NCBI GenBank assembly: GCA_937928295.1
Contig: CALEYY010000167.1
Span: forward strand, 1 to 32,505
Length of the DNA: 32,505 nt
Reading direction: 5' to 3'
From: an uncultured Moraxellaceae bacterium
Lineage (GTDB): Bacteria > Pseudomonadota > Gammaproteobacteria > Pseudomonadales > Moraxellaceae
Shown here piece by piece: positions 1 to 9,649 of this stretch. Every line of letters starts with the position of its first letter. Within the stretch, counting starts at the first letter, position 1. The notes under the pieces were generated by a model that saw nothing but the letters and a program-made list of their open reading frames with translations, did not search any database and was not told the DNA's origin. Made by a program: the position numbers and the translations under genes.

Positions 1-75
1 GTCCAGGTGCTGAAGGCCGAGGAGGAGCGTTTCGCCGAGACGCTCGAGAACGGCATGAAGGTGCTGGAGACGGCG
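1..75 (+). other. Alanyl-tRNA synthetase-like fragment fused in frame to TatD
   Basis: Translation VQVLKAEEERFAETLENGMKVLETA matches the AlaRS 'EEERFxxTLxxG' helix. Codons are almost all G/C-ending, unlike the downstream TatD part. Confidence 0.6.
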
Positions 76-795
76 CGGCAGGTCGGCCTGGGCCAGGCCG
101 ATGCCCGGCGCACCCAGGTCATCAGCTCCCTGCACCGCAGCTACACCACCCTGGAGCGCATGCAACCGGGCGACGGCCGCACCGACGATGCCGACTTGCT
201 GCAACTCGCTGAGCAGCTGAAAGAGCCGTCAGTGATTGCCGTGGGCGAGATCGGTCTGGACAAGTTTCTGCCTGAGCTGGCCGAGCCGGTGCACTGGGCG
301 CGACAAGTGGCGTTATTCGAAGCGCAGCTGGTATTGGCGCGTGAGCATGGCTTGCCAGTGATCATTCATGCCCGGCGCTGTCATGCCGACATCGTGCGTT
401 CGCTGCAGCGGGTCGGGCATGCTCAGGGTGGCATCGTGCATGCCTTTTCCGGCAGCGTGGAAGAGGCGCAGCAGTATCGGCGACTGGGTCTACATCTCGG
501 CCTCGGCGGGCCGCTGACCTGGCCGCAGGCCGCGCGTCTGCATCGGGTCGCGCGCGAGTTGCCGCTGGATGCCTTCGTGCTGGAAACCGACGCGCCCGAT
601 CTCGTGCCGTATGCCCACAGCACTCAGCATGGCGATGGCCGTCTGCGTCTGACCGGCGAGCGGGTGCGTAACAGCCCGGCGTATTTGCCCTCGGTGCTGA
701 CGCAATTTGCGGTCTTGCGTGATGAGCCCGAATCAGCGCTGGCGGCACAATTTTTTCGTAACACGGTAACGGCTTTGCGCTTGCAAGGTTTGTAG
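1..795 (+). CDS. TatD family deoxyribonuclease, 5'-incomplete/chimeric (TatD-like part about 184-795)
   Basis: Frame is open from base 1. TatD motifs AVGEIGLD, LPVIIHAR, GIVHAFSGS, LETDAPD and RNSP are present. The N-terminal DxHxH and GxHP motifs are missing. Confidence 0.8.
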   Translation, partial: VQVLKAEEERFAETLENGMKVLETARQVGLGQADARRTQVISSLHRSYTTLERMQPGDGRTDDADLLQLAEQLKEPSVIAVGEIGLDKFLPELAEPVHWARQVALFEAQLVLAREHGLPVIIHARRCHADIVRSLQRVGHAQGGIVHAFSGSVEEAQQYRRLGLHLGLGGPLTWPQAARLHRVARELPLDAFVLETDAPDLVPYAHSTQHGDGRLRLTGERVRNSPAYLPSVLTQFAVLRDEPESALAAQFFRNTVTALRLQGL

Positions 796-816
796 CAATG
801 ACTTGAGGTGTGTTTC

Positions 817-1710
817 ATGAGGCATGGTTTGAAAAATGTGTTGGTCTTGGCCGCGTTGCTGCTCAGCGCCTGTCAGCAGGCTCCGGTTGCGCCCGTTGTG
901 CCCAAGCGCGAGCCGGTCGTGGCGCTGGTTCTGGGCGGTGGCGGGGCCAAAGGCTTCGCGCATATTGGTGTGATCAAGGTGCTGGAATCGCATGGCATCC
1001 GCCCGCAGCTCGTGGTTGGCACCAGTGCCGGCAGCTTCGTGGGTGGCCTTTATGCCAGCGGCCTTAGCCCGTTTGCGTTGCAGCAGCTGGCGCTGGGTTT
1101 GGAAGAGAGCGATGTGCGTGATCTGACCCTGAGCCGCCAGGGTTTCCTGCTCGGCCAGAAGTTGCAGGACTACATCAATGTGCAGGTGAAGCAGCAGCCG
1201 ATCCAGAACTTCCCGCTGCGTTTTGCGGCGGTCGCGACCGAGGCCGATACCGGTCGCAAGGTCGTATTCACGCGCGGCAATGCCGGCCAGGCCATCCGCG
1301 CATCGTGCAGTATTCCCAATGTGTTTGTGCCGGCCACCATTGCCGGCAAGGAATATGTTGATGGCGGTCTGGTCAGCCCGATTCCGGTCGAGACGGCGCG
1401 TGATCTTGGCGCTGATTTGGTCATCGCCGTGGATATTTCGGCGCGACCGGTGGCTGGCCAAACGCGCTCGGCTTGGGCTTTGCTGGATCAGACCATCAAC
1501 ATCATGGGTCAGCAGGCGATCAACCGCGAGTTGCCGATGGCGGATGTGGTGATCAAGCCGCAGGTGCTGGGCGTGGGCACGCTGGAGCTGGAGAGCAAAC
1601 ATCGGAGTCTGCTTGAGGGCGAGCGTGCGGCGCAGGCCATGCTGCCGGCCATTCTCGCGGCTATCGCCAAAAAGCGTAGCGAGCTTAATCCCTTGCCGCT
1701 GCTCAAATAG
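817..1710 (+). CDS. Patatin-like phospholipase, predicted lipoprotein
   Basis: GGGAKG oxyanion motif, GTSAG nucleophile elbow, DGG motif and lipobox LSAC. GAGGTG RBS lies before ATG 817. Confidence 0.9.
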   Translation: MRHGLKNVLVLAALLLSACQQAPVAPVVPKREPVVALVLGGGGAKGFAHIGVIKVLESHGIRPQLVVGTSAGSFVGGLYASGLSPFALQQLALGLEESDVRDLTLSRQGFLLGQKLQDYINVQVKQQPIQNFPLRFAAVATEADTGRKVVFTRGNAGQAIRASCSIPNVFVPATIAGKEYVDGGLVSPIPVETARDLGADLVIAVDISARPVAGQTRSAWALLDQTINIMGQQAINRELPMADVVIKPQVLGVGTLELESKHRSLLEGERAAQAMLPAILAAIAKKRSELNPLPLLK

Positions 1711-1741
1711 CCGCTGGCCAAGTAATCAGGCCAGCAGGCGC

Positions 1742-3376
1742 TCAGCTCACGGCTGCGCTCAGCTCCGGTGAGAAACTCTCGGCCACGGCCCTGTCCCAGA
1801 ACATTCGGTACACCGGGTGTTCAGCCTTGCCATGCAGCAGATCGCCTGGCTCCAGGTATTTGATCAGCGCCGACACCAGCGCCACCTCATTGACGGAAAC
1901 ACGCCGCACGAGATGATGCGGCCGCAGCTGATTCGGGTGGCTCAGGCCGGCCGCCCCGGTGATTTCGCCCAGCGCCTTCATGGTGTTGTGGTGAAAGTGA
2001 TAGACGCGATTGCCTTTGTCGGCCGGGTCTAGCGCGCGCTGACGCAACCAGCTTTGCGTGGCCACGCCGGTCGGACAGCGGCCGGTATGGCAGGTCTGCG
2101 CCATCAGGCAGCCCAGCGCAAACATGAAGCCGCGCCCCGAGTTGCACCAGTCGGCACCAATCGCCAGCGTGCGGGCAATATCGAACGCCGAGACGATTTT
2201 CCCCGCCGCCCCGATCTTGATGCGATCGCGCAGATTCAGCCCGACCAGCGTGTTGTGCACCAGCGTCAGACCCTCATGCATGGGCGTGCCGATGTGATCG
2301 GTGAACTCCACCGGCGCGGCTGCCGTGCCGCCCTCAGCGCCATCCACCACAATGTAGTCGGGCGTGATGCCGGTCTTCAGCATGGCCTTGCAGATGGCGA
2401 AGAACTCCCAGGGATGGCCAATGCAGAGCTTGAAGCCCACCGGCTTGCCGCCCGACAGCTCACGCAGCCTGGCGATGAACTCCATAAGCTCGATGGGCGT
2501 GCTGAAAGCCGAGTGACTGGCCGGCGAGATGCAATCTTCGCCTGCGGGTACGCCGCGCGCAGCAGCAATTTCCGCCGTCACCTTGGCGGCCGGCAAAATG
2601 CCGCCATGCCCCGGCTTCGCGCCTTGGCTGAGCTTGATTTCAATCATGCGCACTTGCGGCAGGCAGGCATTTTCGGCAAACCGCTCGGGGTTGAAGCTGC
2701 CATCCGGGTGACGACAGCCGAAGTAGCCACTGCCGATCTCCCAGATCAGATCGCCGCCATGCTCGCGATGGTATTGGCTGATCGAGCCCTCGCCGGTGTC
2801 GTGCGCGAAACCGCCGAGCTTCGCGCCCTTGTTAAGCGCCAGAATGGCATTGGCCGACAGCGCACCAAAGCTCATCGCTGAAATGTTGTAGAGCGAGAGC
2901 GCATAGGGCTGCTGACATTGGCCCTCACCAATCATCACGCGAAAATCATTGTCTTTGATCTTGACCGAGGCGATGGAGTGGTTGATCCACTCATAGGAGT
3001 CGCCATAGACATCGATCAGCGTGCCATAGGCTTTTTTGTCGACGACATTTTTGGCGCGCTGATAGACCAAGGAGCGCTGTGCCCGTGAGAACGGAATGGA
3101 TTCGGTGTCGGACTCGAGAAAGTACTGGCGTATCTCTGGCCGTATCGACTCAAAGAGAAAGCGGAAGTGCGCCAGGATGGGGTAGTTGCGGCGTACCGCC
3201 TGCGATTTTTGCAGGTAGTCCCACAGGCCCAGCGCTGTCAGTGCCGCGCAAATCAGTAGTGGCGTGGTCGCAATCAGCGGATGCGTCCACCACAGAATCA
3301 GCGATGCCACGAAGCCGATGCCGCTGGCCAGCCAGGCAAAATAGCGAAAGGGAATGAGGTTGCGGATCACGCGCAT
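1742..3376 (-). CDS. FMN-binding glutamate synthase family protein (stand-alone, N-terminal membrane anchor)
   Basis: Motifs ISAMSFGALS, HDTGEG, EIKLSQGAKPGHGGILP, VDGAEGGT and the Cys cluster GCLMAQTCHTGRCPTG. GGAG precedes ATG 3376. Confidence 0.9.
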   Translation of the reverse strand: MRVIRNLIPFRYFAWLASGIGFVASLILWWTHPLIATTPLLICAALTALGLWDYLQKSQAVRRNYPILAHFRFLFESIRPEIRQYFLESDTESIPFSRAQRSLVYQRAKNVVDKKAYGTLIDVYGDSYEWINHSIASVKIKDNDFRVMIGEGQCQQPYALSLYNISAMSFGALSANAILALNKGAKLGGFAHDTGEGSISQYHREHGGDLIWEIGSGYFGCRHPDGSFNPERFAENACLPQVRMIEIKLSQGAKPGHGGILPAAKVTAEIAAARGVPAGEDCISPASHSAFSTPIELMEFIARLRELSGGKPVGFKLCIGHPWEFFAICKAMLKTGITPDYIVVDGAEGGTAAAPVEFTDHIGTPMHEGLTLVHNTLVGLNLRDRIKIGAAGKIVSAFDIARTLAIGADWCNSGRGFMFALGCLMAQTCHTGRCPTGVATQSWLRQRALDPADKGNRVYHFHHNTMKALGEITGAAGLSHPNQLRPHHLVRRVSVNEVALVSALIKYLEPGDLLHGKAEHPVYRMFWDRAVAESFSPELSAAVS

Positions 3377-3532
3377 GGCGATGGAGCTCCCTTGTGGACG
3401 GCGGTGAGCTGTCCTAGGGAAAACGCTAGCATGAATCTGGGGAAAGACCATGACCGCTGAGGCGCTTGCTCAGCGGTCTTGGTCGGTCAGTGCGCCGCGA
3501 GACGGCGTACTGTTACGCGATCAACGATGGGC

Positions 3533-4714
3533 TCAAATGATTTCCAGCGCCATCGCAACGGCCTCGCCGCCGCCGATGCAAAGGCCGGCCACACCACGGG
3601 TCTTGCCGTGCTGCTTCAGGGCGTGAATCAGCGTCAGGATGATGCGCGAGCCGGTCGAGCCGACCGGGTGGCCGAGCGCACAGGCACCACCGTAGACATT
3701 GACTTTGGCGTGCGGGATGTTGTGTTTCATCATCGCCGCCATGGTGACCATGGCGAAGGCTTCGTTGATCTCGAACAGATCCACCGAATCCGCGCTCCAG
3801 CCGGTCTTGGCAAACAGCGTGGCAAAAGCACCAATCGGCGCGATGGTGAATTCGCTGGGGTCTTGCGACTGAGTCGAGTGACCGACGATGCGTGCCAGCG
3901 GTTGCAGACCGAGTTCACGCGCCTTGCTTTCCTTCATCAGCACCAGTGCCGAGGCACCGTCGGAGATCGACGAAGCGTTAGCGGCCGTGATGGTGCCGTC
4001 TTTGGCGAAGGCGGGTTTCAGCGTCGGGATTTTTTCCGGGCTGGCGTTGCCGGGCTGCTCATCGGTATCGACCAGCATTTCGCCCTTGCGCGTGGTGACC
4101 GGCACGCCAACGATTTCAGCCTTGAAGTCGCCATTGGCAATAGCCGCATTGGCGCGACGCAGCGATTCCACCGCGAAGGCGTCCATGTCGGCACGGCCCA
4201 GGCCCAAGGTGGTGGCCATGTCTTGCGCGAACGAACCCATGAGGCGGCCGGTGCGGGCATCTTCCAGACCATCGAGGAACATGTGGTCCATGATCTGGCC
4301 GTGACCCATGCGGTAGCCGGCGCGGGCTTTCGGCAGGATGTACGGGGCGTTGCTCATCGACTCCATGCCGCCTGCGACCATGATGTCGTTGGTGCCGGCA
4401 GCGATCAGGTCATGTGCCAGCATGGTGGCTTTCATGCCCGAACCGCAGAGCTTGTTGATGGTGGTGGCGCCGGCAGCTGCCGGGATGCCGGCTTCCAGTG
4501 CGGATTGACGCGCCGGGCCTTGCTTCAGACCAGCAGGCAGCACGCAGCCCATGATCACTTCCTGCACCTGTTCCGGCTGCACGCCAGCGCGCTTCAGCGC
4601 TTCACGAATACTGATGGCACCGAGGGTGGTGGCTGTGACGCTGCTCAGGCTGCCCTGAAAACCGCCCATGGGGGTGCGTGCACCGTTAACAATTACGACA
4701 GGATCATGACTCAT
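3533..4714 (-). CDS. Acetyl-CoA C-acyltransferase (thiolase)
   Basis: Thiolase motifs [23 protein letters not shown] and LCIGGG. Confidence 0.95.
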   Translation of the reverse strand: MSHDPVVIVNGARTPMGGFQGSLSSVTATTLGAISIREALKRAGVQPEQVQEVIMGCVLPAGLKQGPARQSALEAGIPAAAGATTINKLCGSGMKATMLAHDLIAAGTNDIMVAGGMESMSNAPYILPKARAGYRMGHGQIMDHMFLDGLEDARTGRLMGSFAQDMATTLGLGRADMDAFAVESLRRANAAIANGDFKAEIVGVPVTTRKGEMLVDTDEQPGNASPEKIPTLKPAFAKDGTITAANASSISDGASALVLMKESKARELGLQPLARIVGHSTQSQDPSEFTIAPIGAFATLFAKTGWSADSVDLFEINEAFAMVTMAAMMKHNIPHAKVNVYGGACALGHPVGSTGSRIILTLIHALKQHGKTRGVAGLCIGGGEAVAMALEII

Positions 4715-4744
4715 GTTTCTCTCCGGTTGCCGGCTGGCAGCGCA

Positions 4745-5242
4745 TCAGGCGCCGCAGCACTTCTTGTATTTTTTGCCACTGCCGCACAGGCAGGGATCGT
4801 TACGACCAATCTTCACTTCATTGACGACTGGCTTGGGCTTTTCGGACGGACCGCTGTGCAGCACTTCGCCATCGCGAAACAGCCAGTTTTTGTCGCTGCG
4901 CAGGAAGCCTGATACTTCGTGATGGTGATGCTTGACGCCACCCATCTCGTAATGAGCCTTGAATTCTACCAGACCGCGCTTGTCTTGTTCGCCACCGGCT
5001 TCCACCTGAATGATTTCCAGGGCTTTCCAGTCGGCTTGTTCCGCCCAGGCGCGCATGGCGTCGAGGTCGCTGTTGTCGAGGCCGTCCTTGTGCGTGGAGG
5101 CAACGATGAAATCGATGTTGTGCTGCGTGTAGGCGGTGTAGCGTGCGCGCATCATCGCTTCAGCGCTAGGGGCCGGGTTGCCGGCAATGATGGGGGCGCA
5201 ACAGGTTTCGAGGGTAAGGCCGGAACCGCAAGGGCAAGACAT
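4745..5242 (-). CDS. ychJ: YchJ family protein with N- and C-terminal SEC-C motifs
   Basis: Starts [10 protein letters not shown], has core [12 protein letters not shown] / GLVEFKAHY / W.FRDG, and ends [23 protein letters not shown] precedes ATG 5242. Confidence 0.85.
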   Translation of the reverse strand: MSCPCGSGLTLETCCAPIIAGNPAPSAEAMMRARYTAYTQHNIDFIVASTHKDGLDNSDLDAMRAWAEQADWKALEIIQVEAGGEQDKRGLVEFKAHYEMGGVKHHHHEVSGFLRSDKNWLFRDGEVLHSGPSEKPKPVVNEVKIGRNDPCLCGSGKKYKKCCGA

Positions 5243-5266
5243 GAATTTCTCCAAAAGACGGGCATG

Positions 5267-5295
5267 AAAAAGGGGTGCCGAAGCACCCCTTTTTT
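5267..5295. terminator. Intrinsic terminator (potentially bidirectional) downstream of the small lipoprotein gene
   Basis: AAAAAGGGGTGC-CGAA-GCACCCCTTTTT perfect stem, giving a UUCG loop on the minus strand. Confidence 0.85.
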
Positions 5296-5318
5296 GGCGA
5301 GGCCGAAGCCTCAGCTCA

Positions 5319-5537
5319 TTACTGAGCAGCCGGAGCCGGAGCAGCTTCAGCGGCCGGAGCAGCTTCAGCAGCCGGAGCAGCTTCAGCAGCCGGAGCTTCA
5401 ACCGGAGCAGCTTCAGCAGCCGGAGCAACTTCAGCAGCCGGAGCTTCAACAGCAGCAGCTTCTTCCTTCTTTGCGCAACCAGCGATGGTCAGAGCAGCGG
5501 CAACAGCGGCCATAACGGCAATTTTCTTGATCATCAT
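5319..5537 (-). CDS. Small Ala/Glu/Pro-repeat lipoprotein
   Basis: Signal peptide [21 protein letters not shown] with lipobox, then (A)AEAAP/VEAP repeats. It has its own terminator. The start could be 5534. Confidence 0.8.
   Translation of the reverse strand: MMIKKIAVMAAVAAALTIAGCAKKEEAAAVEAPAAEVAPAAEAAPVEAPAAEAAPAAEAAPAAEAAPAPAAQ
5325..5460. repeat. Coding tandem repeat (about 18-nt unit GCAGCTTCAGCAGCCGGA with shorter variants)
   Basis: Imperfect tandem copies are directly visible and encode PAAEAA units on the minus strand. Confidence 0.85.
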
Positions 5538-5711
5538 GATAAAATTCTCTCTTAGGTTGGACTGGACTAGTCTGTTTCCAGCCTGATGCCAGCCAAGGTT
5601 CATTGCGGCGAACGCTTGCCCTCACATCAGACGCAAGCATCTTAGCACTGGTTTTTTGACTTTGCATCCCGATTTTGTCAGACAAAGTCTGCCACTTGTC
5701 ATCACGACACC

Positions 5712-6818
5712 CTACTTTTCACTCAGCTGATGCCCAGTGCGCGTCTGCTCGGGGTCGCTATAGATGGCGCCGGACACGCCGATACGGCTGCGGCGTGCGC
5801 GCGCCATCGCTTCATCGAGATGATTGAGCAACTGATCCATGGCCATGGGCTCGCTGGGCAGCCAGGTCGCGCCGATATGCGCCGTGGCCGGGCTTTGCTG
5901 GCTGGCACGGGAGGCATGAAAGGTTTCCTGCAGATAGTGCGCAATCGGATCCGCCTGCTTGCTCGGGCAGTCGAGCAGCAGAAACACAAACTCCAGCGCA
6001 CTGTAGCGCACCAGAATATCGCTGCCGCGCAGGCGGGCGCGGGCAATCTCGGCAAATTCGCGGCATAGATCATCTTGCAGGACTGGGCCAGCTTCGCGCC
6101 CCGGCACCAGCCCTGTGGGCTCAATGACGATATAAAGCAGGGTCAGTGGCTGCTGTTGCCGATGCATCAGCGGCATCAGCAATTCTGCCGCTGAGTAAAG
6201 CGTGGGGCGATTGAAGAAGCCGGTTGTGTCATCTCTGCCAGGTGCGTTCAGGCTCGCATTCATATGCTGCCGCGCCAGCTGGGCGATGACCAGTACCAGC
6301 GACATCAGGATTAGACAGGCCAGACCTGCGGTGATGATTGCCGGCCATGCAAAGCGTATTTCACTGTGCGCGCGCCAGCCCACGGCAAGGGCCGCGATGC
6401 AGACAACGCTGAGCATCGACAGCCATTGTGCGCGTGCCTGCCAGCGTAGTGTGGCCAGACCGACCATCAGGACGCTGAGTGCGAGAGTCGGGAGGCTGGC
6501 CAGCGGGTCATTGCTCAACTGCCAGCCGAGCAGCAGCAAGTCCAGCCCGGTGATCATGGCGGATAGCCAGGTGCGTCGCTGCAGGCGCACCTCCAGCAGC
6601 GACAGCAGGCACTGCAGCACGGCGTAGCTGACAATGATCAGCAGGCTTTGCGTCAAGGGTGCGAGCAGGCCGCCTTGCCAGAGCAGGGTGTAGCTTGCCA
6701 GGCCGAGCGAGGTCACCAGACGCATGGCTCGCTGCTCGTTCACGGCCATCACGGATGGCACAAGGCGTGGATCGAGATATCCAAAGGTGTGACGCAGAGT
6801 GTCTGTTGAGGAGGTCAT
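5712..6818 (-). CDS. Membrane protein with degenerate GGDEF domain
   Basis: Several hydrophobic segments, then DDTTGFFNR, RLRGSDILVRYSALEF (SALEF at the GGDEF position) and TAHIG. Start codon uncertain. Confidence 0.75.
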   Translation of the reverse strand: MTSSTDTLRHTFGYLDPRLVPSVMAVNEQRAMRLVTSLGLASYTLLWQGGLLAPLTQSLLIIVSYAVLQCLLSLLEVRLQRRTWLSAMITGLDLLLLGWQLSNDPLASLPTLALSVLMVGLATLRWQARAQWLSMLSVVCIAALAVGWRAHSEIRFAWPAIITAGLACLILMSLVLVIAQLARQHMNASLNAPGRDDTTGFFNRPTLYSAAELLMPLMHRQQQPLTLLYIVIEPTGLVPGREAGPVLQDDLCREFAEIARARLRGSDILVRYSALEFVFLLLDCPSKQADPIAHYLQETFHASRASQQSPATAHIGATWLPSEPMAMDQLLNHLDEAMARARRSRIGVSGAIYSDPEQTRTGHQLSEK

Positions 6819-6922
6819 GCGGGTGTTAGTCTCAAGGCCAGCCGGGAAAAATGCGTGGCACAGCCGAAGGTTGATCCAAGCATGAGTATACCGATTTGCT
6901 ATCGATGCTGAAGGGAGTGGCA

Positions 6923-9613
6923 ATGACATTGCAGACGCAGCGTGAAGAGCCGTTACGCGACGATGTAAGACGCTTGGGGCAATTGCTCGGCGAGGTCTTG
7001 CAAACGCAGGCAGGATCCGGTTTTTTTGAGCAGATTGAGCTGCTGCGGCAATGGTCGCAGCGCGCGGTGCAAGGCGATGCGAGCGCCCATGCGCAACTTT
7101 CTGCCTTCTTGCAGCAGTCGGATGCCGTGACGCTGCGCGATGTGGCGCGCGCGTTCGGGCACTTCCTGAATTTGGCCAATATTGCTGAGCAATATCACCC
7201 GATTCGCCTGCGCCGCACTGGCGTGGTGCCGACCGCTGCTGATGGCTTGCGCGAGTTGCTGCGGCGCGCCTTGGCGCAGGGCATGAGCCGTGAGGCCATT
7301 CTTGCGGCGGTGCGTCGGCTCGATGTGGAGCTGGTGCTGACGGCGCATCCGACCGAAGTCACGCGGCGTACGCTGATGCAGAAGCAGGATGAGATCGCAC
7401 AGATTCTGGCGCAAATGCACGAGGCTCAGCTGACGGTCAGGGAGCGCAAGGGCGAGTGGGAGCGCCTGCGTCGTCGCGTGGTGGCTGCGTGGGAAACCGA
7501 TGAAATTCGTGGCCAGCGCCCGACACCCGTGGACGAGGCCAAATGGGGCTTTGCCACGGTGGAGAACAGTTTGTGGAAAGCCTTGCCGGCGTGTTTGCGC
7601 GAGTTCGATGAGTGTCTGCGTGATGTGCTGGGCGAAGGCCTGCCGCTGGGCGCAACTCCGATTCGTATGGCTTCCTGGATGGGCGGTGATCGCGACGGCA
7701 ACCCCTTCGTGACGCATCAGGTCACGGCCGAAGTGATTCTGCTGGCGCGCTGGATGGCCTGCGATCTTTATTTGCGCGATGTCGATACCTTGCGTGCGGA
7801 GCTGTCGTTGTCGCGCTGTGGCGATGCCTTGCGCGCGCGCGTCGGCGAGGCATCGCGCGAGCCGTATCGCGACTGGCTGAAGCAGGTGCGTGGTCGCCTC
7901 CAGGCCACGCAGGCGGCTGCATTGGCGGCGCTCGGGCGGGCAGACGCAGCCTTGCAGAGCGAGGCGGGCGATGCCGTTGCCTACGCCACCGGCGATGAGC
8001 TGCTGGCAGACATGCAGCTCTGCCATGACGACTTGCAGTCAGCCGGTCTGGCGCTGCTATGCGAGGGCGGGCTGAGCGATAACCTGCGCCGGATTGCGAG
8101 CTTCGGCTTCGGCCTGATGCGCCTGGACATCCGCCAGGAATCGACGCGCCATGCCGATGCGCTCGCGGCTATCACGCAATACTTGGGGCTGGGCGACTAC
8201 AGTGCCTGGGATGAGGCTCAGCGCCAGCAATTCCTGCTGCAGGAGCTGGCTAGTCCGCGCCCGCTGCTGCCCTTGTCGGCGCTGTCGGCAGAGGTGGAGT
8301 CCGGCTTCAGCGATGAAGTGCGCGAGGTGCTGGCCACTTTCCGATTGCTGGCCACACAGCCCGCCGAGGCGCTGGGCGCGTATGTGATTTCCATGGCGCA
8401 TCAGCCCAGTGATGTGCTGGCGGTGATGGTCTTGCAGCGCAAGGCCGACAGCCTGCGGCCGCTGCGCGTCGTACCGCTGTTTGAAACTTACGATGACCTA
8501 GCGCGCGCGCCATCCTGCCTGCGCACCTTGCTGGCGCTGCCGATTTACCGGCAGTGCATCGGCAGTCATCAGGAGATCATGATCGGCTACTCCGACTCGG
8601 CCAAGGATGCCGGCTTTCTGGCCGCCGCTTGGGCGCAGTATCAGGCGCAGGAGGAGTTGACTGCGATTGCCGCCGAGGAGGGTGTAAATCTGGTGTTCTT
8701 TCATGGCCGTGGCGGCAGTGTTAGCCGGGGTGGCGCGCCGACCGATCAGGCGCTGCGCTCGCAGCCGCCCGGTTCGGTGCGCGGTTCGCTGCGCGTCACC
8801 GAGCAGGGCGAGATGATCCGCATGAAATTCGGCTCTCCGGCCATGGCGCAGCACCATCTCATGGGTTATCTCAAGGCCACGCTGGAGACGGTGCTGATGC
8901 CGCCGCCGCAACCGCAGCCGGCGTGGCGTGAGGCCATGGCGGCGCTGAGCCAGCATTCGATGCAGCTCTACCGGCATCAGCTGCGCAATGATCCGCACTT
9001 CATCGACTATCTGCGCGTGGTCACGCCGGAGCCCGAACTGCAGCTGCTGCCGCTGGGCTCACGACCGGCGCGACGGCAGGTCGGCGGCGGCATAGCCTCG
9101 CTGCGCGCTATCCCCTGGGTATTCGCCTGGACGCAGATTCGCCTGATGCTGCCGGCCTGGCTGGGCGTGGCGCCGGCGCTGGCGGCCGGTTCGGCGACCA
9201 CTCAGCGTGAGATGCTGCAGCGCTGGCCGTTCTTCGCCAGCCTGATCGACATGCTGGAGATGGTGCTGGCGAAGTCGGATGTGACCATTGCCAGTCATTA
9301 TGAGAAAAATCTGACCAGCGATCCGCACCTGCGTGATCTTGGCGAGCGCCTGCGCGCTCAGCATCAAGACCTGCTTATGCAGTTGCAGACGGTGCAGCAG
9401 GGGCCGAGCTGGGCTGAACGCAATCCGGTGCTGGCGCAGTCGATACGCCTGCGCTCACCGTATCTGCTGCCGCTGCACTGGCTGCAAGCCGAGCTGATGC
9501 TGCGGCGTCGGGCATTGGCCGGCACGGCGGCGGAGGCAGACATGCTGCGGCATGATCGCGCGCTGATGGTGACCATGACCGGCATCGCGGCGGGCATGCG
9601 TAATACCGGCTGA
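6923..9613 (+). CDS. ppc: Phosphoenolpyruvate carboxylase
   Basis: Motifs VLTAHPT, WMGGDRDGNP, GYSDSAKD, FHGRGG, RAIPWVF and C-terminal GMRNTG. GGGAG RBS. Confidence 0.97.
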   Translation: MTLQTQREEPLRDDVRRLGQLLGEVLQTQAGSGFFEQIELLRQWSQRAVQGDASAHAQLSAFLQQSDAVTLRDVARAFGHFLNLANIAEQYHPIRLRRTGVVPTAADGLRELLRRALAQGMSREAILAAVRRLDVELVLTAHPTEVTRRTLMQKQDEIAQILAQMHEAQLTVRERKGEWERLRRRVVAAWETDEIRGQRPTPVDEAKWGFATVENSLWKALPACLREFDECLRDVLGEGLPLGATPIRMASWMGGDRDGNPFVTHQVTAEVILLARWMACDLYLRDVDTLRAELSLSRCGDALRARVGEASREPYRDWLKQVRGRLQATQAAALAALGRADAALQSEAGDAVAYATGDELLADMQLCHDDLQSAGLALLCEGGLSDNLRRIASFGFGLMRLDIRQESTRHADALAAITQYLGLGDYSAWDEAQRQQFLLQELASPRPLLPLSALSAEVESGFSDEVREVLATFRLLATQPAEALGAYVISMAHQPSDVLAVMVLQRKADSLRPLRVVPLFETYDDLARAPSCLRTLLALPIYRQCIGSHQEIMIGYSDSAKDAGFLAAAWAQYQAQEELTAIAAEEGVNLVFFHGRGGSVSRGGAPTDQALRSQPPGSVRGSLRVTEQGEMIRMKFGSPAMAQHHLMGYLKATLETVLMPPPQPQPAWREAMAALSQHSMQLYRHQLRNDPHFIDYLRVVTPEPELQLLPLGSRPARRQVGGGIASLRAIPWVFAWTQIRLMLPAWLGVAPALAAGSATTQREMLQRWPFFASLIDMLEMVLAKSDVTIASHYEKNLTSDPHLRDLGERLRAQHQDLLMQLQTVQQGPSWAERNPVLAQSIRLRSPYLLPLHWLQAELMLRRRALAGTAAEADMLRHDRALMVTMTGIAAGMRNTG

Positions 9614-9649
9614 GCTGCCTGCTCGCTGAAGGCGGGCTCGGATACTTAC

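Noticed and set aside
3479-4912. 477-aa plus-strand ORF
   Set aside because: Antisense shadow of the thiolase and ychJ genes with no recognisable motifs.
4745-5449. 234-aa ORF with a KLLRLL-repeat N-terminus resembling an amphipathic peptide
   Set aside because: It is an alternate-frame reading of the lipoprotein repeat and crosses a terminator. The real ychJ start is ATG 5242, which has an RBS.
5325-5460. Tandem repeats as a possible CRISPR array
   Set aside because: Units are contiguous with no unique spacers, are codon-phased and have no cas genes nearby.
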